Virus record (IMG/VR): IMGVR_UViG_3300036770_003728
Location: 12,244-76,243 of that record
Length of the DNA: 64,000 nt
Source: a virus
Strand: one strand, 5' to 3'
In this document: one piece after another, positions 28,531-37,740 of the stretch
Numbering within the stretch: position 1 is the first letter of the stretch
Layout: each line of letters starts with the position of its first letter
Notes under the pieces: model-generated
Told to the model about the DNA's origin: nothing
Seen by the model: only the letters and a program-made list of their open reading frames with translations
Database searches by the model: none
Program-made: the position numbers and the translations under genes

Positions 28531-28570
28531 TAGATAATGCAAGTATAGCATTATCTAGATAGATTGTCTA
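28531..28570 (-). promoter_or_regulatory. Promoter TAGACA-17-TATACT with the -10 enclosed by a 10-bp inverted repeat
   Basis: TAGATAATGC-AAGTATA-GCATTATCTA at 28531-28557. Confidence 0.6.
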
Positions 28571-30136
28571 GCGTTTTTGCCTAACAGCGTTGTCTTTTTT
28601 GGGCCTATTTGTGCCAGAATCGGCGCCAGGAGGTTTAATACTAACACGCCGGCCGGTAACCACATTAGGTGCAGCCACTGGCTGTTTTTTCTTACCAGCG
28701 GTGTGGGCCGGTTGACTATCTTGTTGAGCAGGATCGTCAACGTCATTGGGCTCAGGCAACTGCTCGGGACGAGTTCCTGGAGGACGTAGCTTGAAACTAA
28801 AACCACCTTTGGTGGGATCACTGCCACCGCTTTTGGTTTCAATGGTAACAATGCCGTCTAGTTGAGCAGGCCACTGAGTAACAAACTTCATTATGCCAGT
28901 TTTATTGTCTACTTCGGCATACTGTTGAATAAAATTCATACCCAGTGTTTCTAATATAGCACTTTGAAATTCTGGTACTTCTCCGCTGTTGATAATATTC
29001 ATTACAGCTTTTTTAGTTTCATAAGTTAACTTACCACCATCACTGCCACTGCTACGAAGATTGGCAAATAGTTTACTAAATTTACTTGGCAATGGTGCGC
29101 TGCCTTTTTGTTTGATATTGTCAATGACCATAGCTATAACTTGATCACTCCACGGCAAAAACGGCTTAAACATTCCAGGAATCTTATCGCCATGTGTTTC
29201 TGCTAACACATTCATCACATAAAACACCTGGCTCACGCTGGTTGGTTTCATTAATGACTTGTTTGAACAAATATCTAATATTCTTACCACAGTACTGTAG
29301 TCTGGGTTGTCTCGGACCGAATCTGGTATCTTAAGTCCGCTCATACTGGGTGCTGCACCACCACCTGTGCCTTTGCTACTGATATTAACTGTGTGCCCAG
29401 TGGTACGATTGGTTACTTGAGCAAAACTATCTGCTAAAGGAGTATTGGCTTTGCTAGGAAAATTCAAAGTAAGGCTTTTAACATCTCCACCTAACCATTT
29501 CGTAAATGCGGCCTGTTTTCCTGGCCCACCGGCCCATTCTGATCTGCCAGTTACCATGGCCAGCACACCAAGATATTCACCAGCATAATCAACTATACTA
29601 GTTTTAAGACCTTTGTCCTTGAGTAACTCGGGTGGGATTACAACAGGTTGCCCTGACACAATCTGCTTGGCCATTTGTATAACTGCTTGTCCATACGGAG
29701 TACTATTAAGCACTTCATTACTGGCCAACATCGAACCTAACTGCTTGCCAGCAATAGGTTGGTCTGTGATATTAATCTGACTGGGCTTAAGCAAGGCACT
29801 TTCTTTGCTGACTTCTTGTTCACCGTCTTGTCCGGGCACAGCACTGGCTCCACCAAAATCACTGGTTTTTAAGAAGCTGCTCATGAGCCAAGATTGACCA
29901 TTCACGTCCTGTACTGAATAAGATCCTTTGAAATTGTTTTTTTCGTGATCGGCTACAATACGAGCCGCTTCCCTGGGATCAACTTGAACTTGGTCACCGT
30001 TTTGAGTATAGAAAGGCTGTCCAGCTTGGATACGTTGTATGACTTTTTCAAAGCGGCCAGGACGTTTGAGAATTTCACCAGGAGTAAGGAATTTGCCTTC
30101 TTGTAGTAGGTCAAGTTTGTTAAGTAAATCGCGCAT
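28568..30136 (-). CDS. Late hypothetical protein (522 aa), possible PD-(D/E)xK-like fold
   Basis: TAAATA 4 nt upstream; GEYLG...PLADS...NISSK motif arrangement. Confidence 0.7.
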   Translation of the reverse strand: MRDLLNKLDLLQEGKFLTPGEILKRPGRFEKVIQRIQAGQPFYTQNGDQVQVDPREAARIVADHEKNNFKGSYSVQDVNGQSWLMSSFLKTSDFGGASAVPGQDGEQEVSKESALLKPSQINITDQPIAGKQLGSMLASNEVLNSTPYGQAVIQMAKQIVSGQPVVIPPELLKDKGLKTSIVDYAGEYLGVLAMVTGRSEWAGGPGKQAAFTKWLGGDVKSLTLNFPSKANTPLADSFAQVTNRTTGHTVNISSKGTGGGAAPSMSGLKIPDSVRDNPDYSTVVRILDICSNKSLMKPTSVSQVFYVMNVLAETHGDKIPGMFKPFLPWSDQVIAMVIDNIKQKGSAPLPSKFSKLFANLRSSGSDGGKLTYETKKAVMNIINSGEVPEFQSAILETLGMNFIQQYAEVDNKTGIMKFVTQWPAQLDGIVTIETKSGGSDPTKGGFSFKLRPPGTRPEQLPEPNDVDDPAQQDSQPAHTAGKKKQPVAAPNVVTGRRVSIKPPGADSGTNRPKKDNAVRQKR

Positions 30137-30139
30137 ATT

Positions 30140-30400
30140 CTATTTATTACGTAAGCCATCTATCAAGTCATTGTGTAATTTGTGTTTGACTTTTAAGTAT
30201 TCTAATTCAAACTCGTTACAGGCTGCTTCTAAGGTGTCTAGTCGATACTCGGCATAAAGACCTAGCCTAATTATAGTAGCCAAGCTATTTAGGTTATCTT
30301 TGTGTTCTTGAATATCAACTACATGGCGGCAACTGCGACTAGTTTTTAGTGCGTCCCATTGATCTAGTAGTTCTTGTGCTCGAGTTTCTGTTGTGGCCAT
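30140..30400 (-). CDS. Hypothetical protein
   Basis: 86-aa ORF filling the gap. Confidence 0.6.
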   Translation of the reverse strand: MATTETRAQELLDQWDALKTSRSCRHVVDIQEHKDNLNSLATIIRLGLYAEYRLDTLEAACNEFELEYLKVKHKLHNDLIDGLRNK

Positions 30401-30463
30401 AAATAAATGTAGTTCACGGGACTGCCATCCCCAACTACTCTAACGCCTAAGGGAGCATCAGCA

Positions 30464-31183
30464 ATGTTATTTAGTTCCATCAACATCCCTAGTGGATTTT
30501 ATGTTTATGCATACATCAGAAAATCCGGTACTCCGTATTATATCGGTAAAGGGAAAAATAAAAGAGCATGGACTAAGCATCATATTCAAATTCCAAAAGA
30601 TAAATCGAGAATAATTATTCTCGAATCAAATTTAACAGAAATAGGAGCGTTTGCTCTTGAACGACGGTACATTAAATGGTGGGGTCGTAAAAACAACTCT
30701 ACTGGCATTTTAATTAACGAATCAGAAGGAGGAGAAGGTTCAACTGGTAGATTTAATTGGTATAAAGGTAAGACAGAAATAGAAAGATTTGGCAAAGAAA
30801 GGGCGAAAGAAATTAGCGAAAAAAGGGTCAGATCAAACAAAGGAAAGTTGAGCCGACCTGGTATGAAAAATGGAATGTTTGGTCGGAGTGCTTTGAAAGA
30901 AAAAAATTATAAATTTTATACCAACGGTTTAATAGACATTTGTGTTATAGAAGGAAATCAACCAATTGGTTTTGTAAGAGGTGTAAGTAGAACTAATTCA
31001 AATGCCAAATCTTATACTGTAATAGACCCTGTTGGAGCAAAGTATTGTTTACCCAAAGGAGATCTTGAAATTTTTTGCCTTAATCATAATGTATCTCTCA
31101 GTGGACTTAGACAATTGGCTAGAACAAATAAAATTGGTAAAAGAATGTCTGTTAAAGGATGGCGATGTTTTTACACAGAGTAA
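30464..31183 (+). mobile_element. Free-standing GIY-YIG homing endonuclease gene
   Basis: FYVYAY...PYYIGKG...R...E...N...GGEG; basic NUMOD-like tail (KNGMFG); AT-rich; opposite strand to its neighbours. Confidence 0.85.
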
Positions 31184-31623
31184 TCCTCCATTCCCGCAGT
31201 CTTTAATCTTACTAAATGTCCTTGCATATAATTTTTTGACTCTAATCCCTTCATGATTCCGAGGTACTTATTTCTTAAAAGTGCAACTTCATTTATGATT
31301 GTTTCATAATCAATGACTTCATCAGTACCATCTACATATTTTTCAGCATCTCTGCTACTCAATGCCCTATTATAGTTTTCGAGATATTTCTGAAAATGGA
31401 CTTTTCGTATTTTACGGAGTTGTATATTAAGGAAGTTAAGCACCGCTTCAATCTCTTGTAGTTGATTAAAACGATGCTCGGTAATCCCAGGCAACTGACT
31501 AATGCTCTTTTCTACACTACCGCGTATATGACATTCAGTTCTTGCTGTGTCTAATTCACGTTCGTAATAAGCTATAAAGTCCGGAATATTGGCTATATCC
31601 TGTACTACACGATTGTACCACAT
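31171..31623 (-). CDS. uvsY: UvsY-like recombination mediator
   Basis: Helical 150-aa protein with AEKYVDG and KGLESK; near uvsX. Confidence 0.75.
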   Translation of the reverse strand: MWYNRVVQDIANIPDFIAYYERELDTARTECHIRGSVEKSISQLPGITEHRFNQLQEIEAVLNFLNIQLRKIRKVHFQKYLENYNRALSSRDAEKYVDGTDEVIDYETIINEVALLRNKYLGIMKGLESKNYMQGHLVRLKTAGMEDYSV

Positions 31624-31850
31624 TATTCGTCATAGTCTTCGTCATAGTCATCTTCGGCTGGGCCGGCGTATTCCTTAAACGCACGACCCAGGGCTGCATC
31701 TGTTCGCCCAAATTCTTTAAGCTCTGCATCGTCAAGATAGTCTACCATGATACTCATAACATTATCGGCTGCTTCTTGGCGATCTTTAACAGGTATGTAC
31801 TGCTTTAGAATTGAATATGCTTCACTGAGCACTTCTACATCAATGGTCAT
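31623..31850 (-). CDS. Hypothetical acidic protein
   Basis: Coupled to neighbours. Confidence 0.7.
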   Translation of the reverse strand: MTIDVEVLSEAYSILKQYIPVKDRQEAADNVMSIMVDYLDDAELKEFGRTDAALGRAFKEYAGPAEDDYDEDYDE

Positions 31851-32029
31851 TTGGTCTTCCTTGATTTCAATGAACGAGCTAAACGTAACACAATATTCTC
31901 TACTTTGTCAAGCTCATGTCTGATTTCAATTTGCTCTTTCAAATCTCGCAAACTGTTGTCAATTAGCTCTATGTATCTTATTAATTTATCTACTCTAGCT
32001 TCAAGCTCATCAAATCTATCTGGCATCAC
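31847..32029 (-). CDS. Small coiled-coil hypothetical protein
   Basis: Overlaps both neighbours by 4 nt. Confidence 0.55.
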   Translation of the reverse strand: MMPDRFDELEARVDKLIRYIELIDNSLRDLKEQIEIRHELDKVENIVLRLARSLKSRKTK

Positions 32030-33099
32030 TCGGCTTCGGCACTATCTCCCGAAGGCTCCTCTTTCGTTACCTGGTGTGGATTAGCCACAAAATCGGCCAT
32101 AACCCTGTCCAGACTCGAATCCTCATTGCGCTCCCAGGCTTTACGAAACTGCTTAATCACAGTGCCGTCTGCCAATGTATATTTAAGACTATTGCCATCT
32201 TTTTGAAGTAAGCCTTTTCCTTCAAACAAGTCTACCAAGCCTGAGTAGGGATTCATCCCAGTCTCATACGGAATTTTGACTTGTACACTTTCAAAAGGTT
32301 TGGCATATCGTGTTTTCATAATCTTACAGGCTGATCGAATGCCTTTGACTTCGGATATCTTATTGCCATCCTCATCCTCTTTGAGCTTGAGTTTACGCAT
32401 GGCTACTACAATCGAACTAGCATAGATAAAGCCTTGCCCACCTGAGATCTTGTCATCCGGATCAAACATGTCTTGGCTGGCATAGGTATGATTAGTTGCT
32501 ACTAGGCCAATGTTAAGACTGCCAAACATATTCACACAGTTTCTAACCAATGCTGTTAGTGCTTTGGGCTTTCGTCCTAGGTCACCTTTAAGGTCGCCTG
32601 CGTCAAACTGATTCACATCAGTGGGAGTCAACAACATGCCCAAGCTATCTAATACAAACAAGACTTTGGGACGTGACTCTTCAGGTAATGTTTTGTACTC
32701 TTTTACGAACTCACTAATCATTTTAGCCACATCATCAATCATGGCCATGTTGAGTTTGAGTAATTTACTTTCATCAGTATCAACGCCTAGTGCTTTAAGC
32801 CAGTCTTCGTCTAGTGCGTTTTCAGTATCAATAAGGATAGGATAGATACCTTGTTGTTGGGCGTGCCTAATCAAATTACCACTACAGATAAAACTCTTAC
32901 CGGCACCAGATTCGCCAGCAAATACCGTTACTTTACCAAGAGGCACTCCCCTGTCAAAAGCACCGGAAATTAGGTAGTTTAAGGCGTAATTTCCGGTGGA
33001 AATCCAGTCTGTAGGGTCGTTAAATCCAATGCTAACGCCTTCAATGCTCTTAGTTATGCTTTTGCGAAATTTCGACAAATCAAAAGGTCTTTGTGCCAT
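32026..33099 (-). CDS. uvsX: UvsX/RecA-like recombinase
   Basis: GESGAGKS, DTENA, VLDSLG, NHTY, SGG and KTRY motifs. Confidence 0.95.
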   Translation of the reverse strand: MAQRPFDLSKFRKSITKSIEGVSIGFNDPTDWISTGNYALNYLISGAFDRGVPLGKVTVFAGESGAGKSFICSGNLIRHAQQQGIYPILIDTENALDEDWLKALGVDTDESKLLKLNMAMIDDVAKMISEFVKEYKTLPEESRPKVLFVLDSLGMLLTPTDVNQFDAGDLKGDLGRKPKALTALVRNCVNMFGSLNIGLVATNHTYASQDMFDPDDKISGGQGFIYASSIVVAMRKLKLKEDEDGNKISEVKGIRSACKIMKTRYAKPFESVQVKIPYETGMNPYSGLVDLFEGKGLLQKDGNSLKYTLADGTVIKQFRKAWERNEDSSLDRVMADFVANPHQVTKEEPSGDSAEAE

Positions 33100-33311
33100 T
33101 ATTTTATTCCCTTTGGATATTCTCGAGGTTGGACTATAATGTCAGTCCTACCAATGGCTTGTAGCCAAGTATTCAGTCTGTGAATGATAGTAGAATCGTC
33201 ACGTGGGTTATCAAAGTTTATATTACAGTCCATAACTGTGTCTCCGGTGCTGTCTTCTCGACTGGAAAAATTGAGAGAATAGCTCTCATTAATCTTTGTA
33301 GATTTTGCCAT
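33099..33311 (-). CDS. Hypothetical protein
   Basis: AGGA SD; coupled to uvsX. Confidence 0.65.
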   Translation of the reverse strand: MAKSTKINESYSLNFSSREDSTGDTVMDCNINFDNPRDDSTIIHRLNTWLQAIGRTDIIVQPREYPKGIK

Positions 33312-33370
33312 ATTTTTGTCCTAGCAGATGGGATGGACAAGGGCCTGGCCCTTGTCCTAGTACTACATTA

Positions 33371-34363
33371 TTACTTTTGACGGTTGCGAATCATCGCAAG
33401 AATATCTTCGGCACGTTGGCTAGAACTCTTGGAGTCTGCTGCTGGTGCCGGAGTTTTCACTGGGGCAGTAGGTGCCACATCATCTTCATCTGCATCCATG
33501 TCCTCTACAGAGGCACGGGCTGGGGCAGCAGGTGCAGGCGAAGCTGCTTCAGTGGGCGCGGTTCCAACATCCAAACCAGGTGGCTTGTAATATTGCCCCC
33601 AACGCTCTGCATCATATTCCTTCCCGTCTACAGAAGCTTCAAACATTTCCTTGATGATCCTAAGTTCAACATCACCAGGTTTCTTGGGTAAGAACTCACT
33701 GAGATTGAACAGTCCATATTTTTCGATTGCCGCTAAATCGTCTGAAGCCAGCGCCGTCTCACGACGTGCCCATTTACTAGTGCTGTAATCAGCATAACCA
33801 CCTTTGCTGGTTTTACTTACAGTAAAATCCAAACCATTCTCATAATCTGTAGGAAGATTCTCAAGCTCAGGATCCATTAATGAACCTTTAATAAGGTTAA
33901 AGATCTGCGGGCTAATAATAAACCTGCGGATGGGATTTTCAGGAACCCTGTCCTCTTTCAGCGGATTATCGCGCACAAACCCTTGAAAAAGATATGACTT
34001 TTTCTTCCAATACTTACGACCCATTTCTTCCATACTTGGATCTTTGAACCAGGTACGAACTTCGGCCAGGATCGGGCAAGGAGTATCCTTACCATACATT
34101 TCCATACAGGGCACTTGAACAATCACTGGACGGCTATCTGCCTGTCCTTTGATGCCAGCAAACGGCAATTTAATCATTGCACGTTCAACCCAAAAGAAAG
34201 TATTTTTGGAGTCGGCGTCTGGGAGGAAACGAATTTTGGCCGAGGAACCTTCTTCGATGTTCCAGTGTGGGTAGATCCCACCGTCGCCATTTGTTGAACC
34301 GGATGAGCCACGGTTCTCGGCTGCTGCTAATTTTGCGCGAATTTCTGCTAGTGTAGTTGCCAT
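33371..34363 (-). CDS. Single-stranded DNA-binding protein (T4 gp32-like)
   Basis: IRFLP, CPI, GLDF...K...GGYADYSTSKW; acidic low-complexity linker; upstream of uvsX. Confidence 0.9.
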   Translation of the reverse strand: MATTLAEIRAKLAAAENRGSSGSTNGDGGIYPHWNIEEGSSAKIRFLPDADSKNTFFWVERAMIKLPFAGIKGQADSRPVIVQVPCMEMYGKDTPCPILAEVRTWFKDPSMEEMGRKYWKKKSYLFQGFVRDNPLKEDRVPENPIRRFIISPQIFNLIKGSLMDPELENLPTDYENGLDFTVSKTSKGGYADYSTSKWARRETALASDDLAAIEKYGLFNLSEFLPKKPGDVELRIIKEMFEASVDGKEYDAERWGQYYKPPGLDVGTAPTEAASPAPAAPARASVEDMDADEDDVAPTAPVKTPAPAADSKSSSQRAEDILAMIRNRQK

Positions 34364-34428
34364 GATGAATGTCCTTTATATTAAGATGGTCTTACAAAAA
34401 GTGCTTAGATATACTCTGCACAATGCAT

Positions 34429-34456
34429 AGTATAACATTTGTATTTAGCTTGTCAA
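34429..34456 (-). promoter_or_regulatory. Dual promoter for SSB: TTGACA-16-(TGn)TATACT plus TAAATA
   Basis: Read directly. Confidence 0.65.
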
Positions 34457-34457
34457 C

Positions 34458-34480
34458 AAAAAAGACAGAATAAATCTGTC
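34458..34480 (-). terminator. Rho-independent terminator
   Basis: GACAGA-5 nt-TCTGTC stem followed by T6. Confidence 0.65.
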
Positions 34481-34498
34481 CGTTATAAACTTAGTAGT

Positions 34499-35872
34499 TT
34501 ATCGTATCCCTGCTAATCGACGTATGTCGCCTACGTCGTCAGTGTTTTGAGCCTGTGTGGCTCTAGGATTGTTTTGATCTTGGTTTGGTACCACGCTGCC
34601 TATTTCTGGCATCATGCTTTGATACTCAGGATAGTTTTCTACAAACCAATCATCAATAATTTTTCTAACATCGGCTTGTTCGCCTTGCGTTTGAGCAGCT
34701 TGGCTGATCAAATCAACCAGTTCTTCATTGTCGGTAACTGAGCTAATTGCTGCAATTGCATCCTGCCCATCACGTCCGGCCTTGATAGGCTCTTTCATAA
34801 TGGTTTGTAACTGTTCTAAATCCGCTTCGCCTAGTTCTTCGTTGACCTGTTCGGCCCAATTACTAAATTGTTCTACGTATTTGGCTTCTCCGACTTGACG
34901 CTGTTGATAGGCCCGATATACATAGGGCAACGCTGTGGTAAGACGATCATCAAACATCTTTTTCACAAAGCGTTCTTTAAGCTCATCAATGTCATAGTCA
35001 TCTTCGATATTGGACTCTGGTATAAATGTTTCTGCAAACTCTTGATAATGACGAGTTTTTCCTAGTTTACCCAAATTGGATTTCAAACCACGATAACGCT
35101 CAATCGCGCTTTCAACCATACCGGTGGTTTCTGTATCTTCAAATTGACGATGGCGAGTGCTGCGTACAAAAAAAGCCAAATTATTCATTTCTTCGGCTAT
35201 GCCTTGAATATGCTGCCCTGCTTCATCATAGATTTTACCGCCATGTGCTAAATGCTGTGCCATAGCACGACCCAGGCTTAGTTTATTGTAAGGCATACGA
35301 AAACGTTCGCCCTCAGCAGTTTCTACAAACATGCTTTCAATTTTTCGACTGCGGGCGCCCGGTTTGCTTTCATCAACTGCTTCACTATGGCGTACTATCA
35401 AACGAGTAGCACCAAACTCTTGTATACTGGTTCTTGTGGTACCATGCCATTGTACGCTTTCTACCACTGGACTATTGGCACTAGAATAGTTACTTTGCTG
35501 GCGTGCAGTGGTTTCCACATCTCTTTTGGTCAAACTGCTGCGATTAATATCGCGTATATCAAAGTTTAACATATTACGTCGAGCAAACTGTCGAAGATTA
35601 CGAAGGAACTGTTGCCATTCTGATTCTTGCTCAGGTGTAAAATCCAGTGCCATACCTTTGCTGAACGTAGCTTTTAGGCTTTTGCCATCCAATATGTTTA
35701 ATGTAATTGTTCCATGTTTTACACCATCACGACTTTTATAATCAAAGTTATAAAACTTTGCCTGCTGCGGGTCGTCAATAGTCTTGCCATTTTCGTCGCC
35801 AATGGTCACATTGTCGAATCTGCTGCGTATTTTATTAAAAAGCTCGTCGGCTATGGATTCAATATTGTTCAT
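34499..35872 (-). CDS. Late hypothetical (probable virion) protein, 457 aa
   Basis: TAAATA upstream; C-terminal IRRLAGIR; next to terminase. Confidence 0.75.
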   Translation of the reverse strand: MNNIESIADELFNKIRSRFDNVTIGDENGKTIDDPQQAKFYNFDYKSRDGVKHGTITLNILDGKSLKATFSKGMALDFTPEQESEWQQFLRNLRQFARRNMLNFDIRDINRSSLTKRDVETTARQQSNYSSANSPVVESVQWHGTTRTSIQEFGATRLIVRHSEAVDESKPGARSRKIESMFVETAEGERFRMPYNKLSLGRAMAQHLAHGGKIYDEAGQHIQGIAEEMNNLAFFVRSTRHRQFEDTETTGMVESAIERYRGLKSNLGKLGKTRHYQEFAETFIPESNIEDDYDIDELKERFVKKMFDDRLTTALPYVYRAYQQRQVGEAKYVEQFSNWAEQVNEELGEADLEQLQTIMKEPIKAGRDGQDAIAAISSVTDNEELVDLISQAAQTQGEQADVRKIIDDWFVENYPEYQSMMPEIGSVVPNQDQNNPRATQAQNTDDVGDIRRLAGIR

Positions 35873-35886
35873 AATACTATATTTAG

Positions 35887-37452
35887 TTATATCATAATGA
35901 ATGGCATGGGTTCGATGATTTCATCAAAACTGTCTTTTAATTTACTGTCGATGTCGGGATCAAAACTCTGCAATACCTGAGTCATCCGCACAGCCAATAA
36001 CATACTCAATACTAGATCATCTGTTTCACCAATCTTAGCAGCAAAACTACCAGCTGATGCTACAAAGTTTTTAAGTTCACTAATCAAGTTTCTGCTGTTT
36101 ACAGTCATTTTTTTAGACTCAATCATGGTCTTAAGTTTGGCGCAAGCAGCTAGTTTACTTTTGTTGGTGGTAGTGAAGCCTTTGCGATATCTACGACTTT
36201 GTCCAATTTTATGCGGTTCGCTCAAAAATAAACCACGAATATTTTCTTCGCCCAACTCACTTATGGTAATAAGTGCTGCTTCACCTAAGGTATTGTTTTC
36301 TACACTATAATAGATATTATTTTCAGATCCAGTGCATTCATTGATATAGTTACAGATTTCTTTTAACACATTGATTTGACCTGGCACTGGTGTACGATTA
36401 TGCTGCCATTCCGCCACTTGCTGACAACTAGGTAACTCTAGAACCTGAATAGCTGCCGGATCGCCGCCGGTGCCCAAGCTAGGATCAAGAGCCACAATAT
36501 AGGTATTTTCCCTTGAAGGCTTTTTGTACCAGCGTATTTGCCCTTGACGTTCGATGGGTTCACGTCCTTCGAGGTCAATCAAGGTAGTTGGAGCAATTAG
36601 TGTTTCATCAAAAATCAAAAATTCACAACCAATCTCACGACGGAAACGATCGTCACCTAACTGTGCTCGCTGCTCTGCTGCCCATGTTTCATCTCTGTCA
36701 GGATGTTCGTTCCAGTGTGCTTGATATGCTTTGAACCCATTTATACCGAGCTCAGTGGGATTACCATAGCTATCTACACACTTATTGGCACCTTTCCATA
36801 GCTCAGCAAACTTGTCCTCATCGCTATTTGGCGTCGATGTGATAATAGCTTTACCACCAGTGCTTAATGTTGGTGAGATGGATGTCCAGAATTCTTTGGC
36901 AATAGTAGGACGCACATAGGCAAACTCATCAGCATATAGTAAGGAGATACTCATACCACGACCAGTTGTTTCTGTAGTTGTTTGTGCTACTATGCGTGAT
37001 CCGTTGTCAAATTCTAAACTGCCTTTATTATAACTAGTAACACCGGCACGTATATGATCTGGCACACTTTCGTAAGCATACCTAACACGCTGCATGATTT
37101 CTTGTGCGCCTGTATATTTGTGTGCGGCCACTAGAACTGTACTGTCTGGTATAAACATAGCGTACCACAGTAGGTAGCCTGCTGCCGATGTAGTTTTACC
37201 AGTCTGGCGCGGCATTAGGCTGATACTAAATCTATAGTTGTGATATGTATTAATTAATCGCGTTTGATATCCATATGGCTGGTATAACATTCTTCCACGC
37301 ACAGGATGCTGTATGTAGAAAAAGTTACTCATAAAATATTCTGGCCCCGAATCGGGATCTGCACAGGCCATAAACTCTCGAATCTGCTGTTCAGTAAATG
37401 ATTCAGCAGTGTGAGGTTTTTTGATTAAGGTATAATCTAAGGGCTTGCTCAT
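35887..37452 (-). CDS. terL: Terminase large subunit (T4 gp17-like)
   Basis: YQ motif, PRQTGKTT, YADEFA, ITSTPN, nuclease ALDPSLG...DDLV. Confidence 0.96.
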   Translation of the reverse strand: MSKPLDYTLIKKPHTAESFTEQQIREFMACADPDSGPEYFMSNFFYIQHPVRGRMLYQPYGYQTRLINTYHNYRFSISLMPRQTGKTTSAAGYLLWYAMFIPDSTVLVAAHKYTGAQEIMQRVRYAYESVPDHIRAGVTSYNKGSLEFDNGSRIVAQTTTETTGRGMSISLLYADEFAYVRPTIAKEFWTSISPTLSTGGKAIITSTPNSDEDKFAELWKGANKCVDSYGNPTELGINGFKAYQAHWNEHPDRDETWAAEQRAQLGDDRFRREIGCEFLIFDETLIAPTTLIDLEGREPIERQGQIRWYKKPSRENTYIVALDPSLGTGGDPAAIQVLELPSCQQVAEWQHNRTPVPGQINVLKEICNYINECTGSENNIYYSVENNTLGEAALITISELGEENIRGLFLSEPHKIGQSRRYRKGFTTTNKSKLAACAKLKTMIESKKMTVNSRNLISELKNFVASAGSFAAKIGETDDLVLSMLLAVRMTQVLQSFDPDIDSKLKDSFDEIIEPMPFIMI

Positions 37453-37470
37453 ACTTTTACTTAGTAGAGC

Positions 37471-37740
37471 TTATTTTTTGTCTACTGGTTTTTCGCCCGT
37501 CAAATATGGTCTCGAGAACCAAAGTTTGAACCATTCAGGTGTACCTGGTTGAATATTATGTTCTCGTTCTAACCGTTGTTTTTCCATACCAGTTTTGCTG
37601 ATGTTTATGCCTGTCATAGATTCAACTCGAGGTTCTACACCGGCAAGACGTTGTAGTTCACGCAAATCTTGTTCGCTTAAGAAAGCATCAGGGACTTGTT
37701 CTTGTGGAACAAAGTCTCCTGATTTAAAGTATTTTTGCAC
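37471..37740 (-). CDS. Hypothetical protein
   Basis: ELQRLAG and IQPGTPEWFKLWF motifs; coupled to the upstream gene. Confidence 0.7.
   Translation of the reverse strand: MQKYFKSGDFVPQEQVPDAFLSEQDLRELQRLAGVEPRVESMTGINISKTGMEKQRLEREHNIQPGTPEWFKLWFSRPYLTGEKPVDKK

Noticed and set aside
33305-33691. Plus-strand ORFs opposite the SSB C-terminus
   Set aside because: Antisense to a confident gene, with no independent signals.
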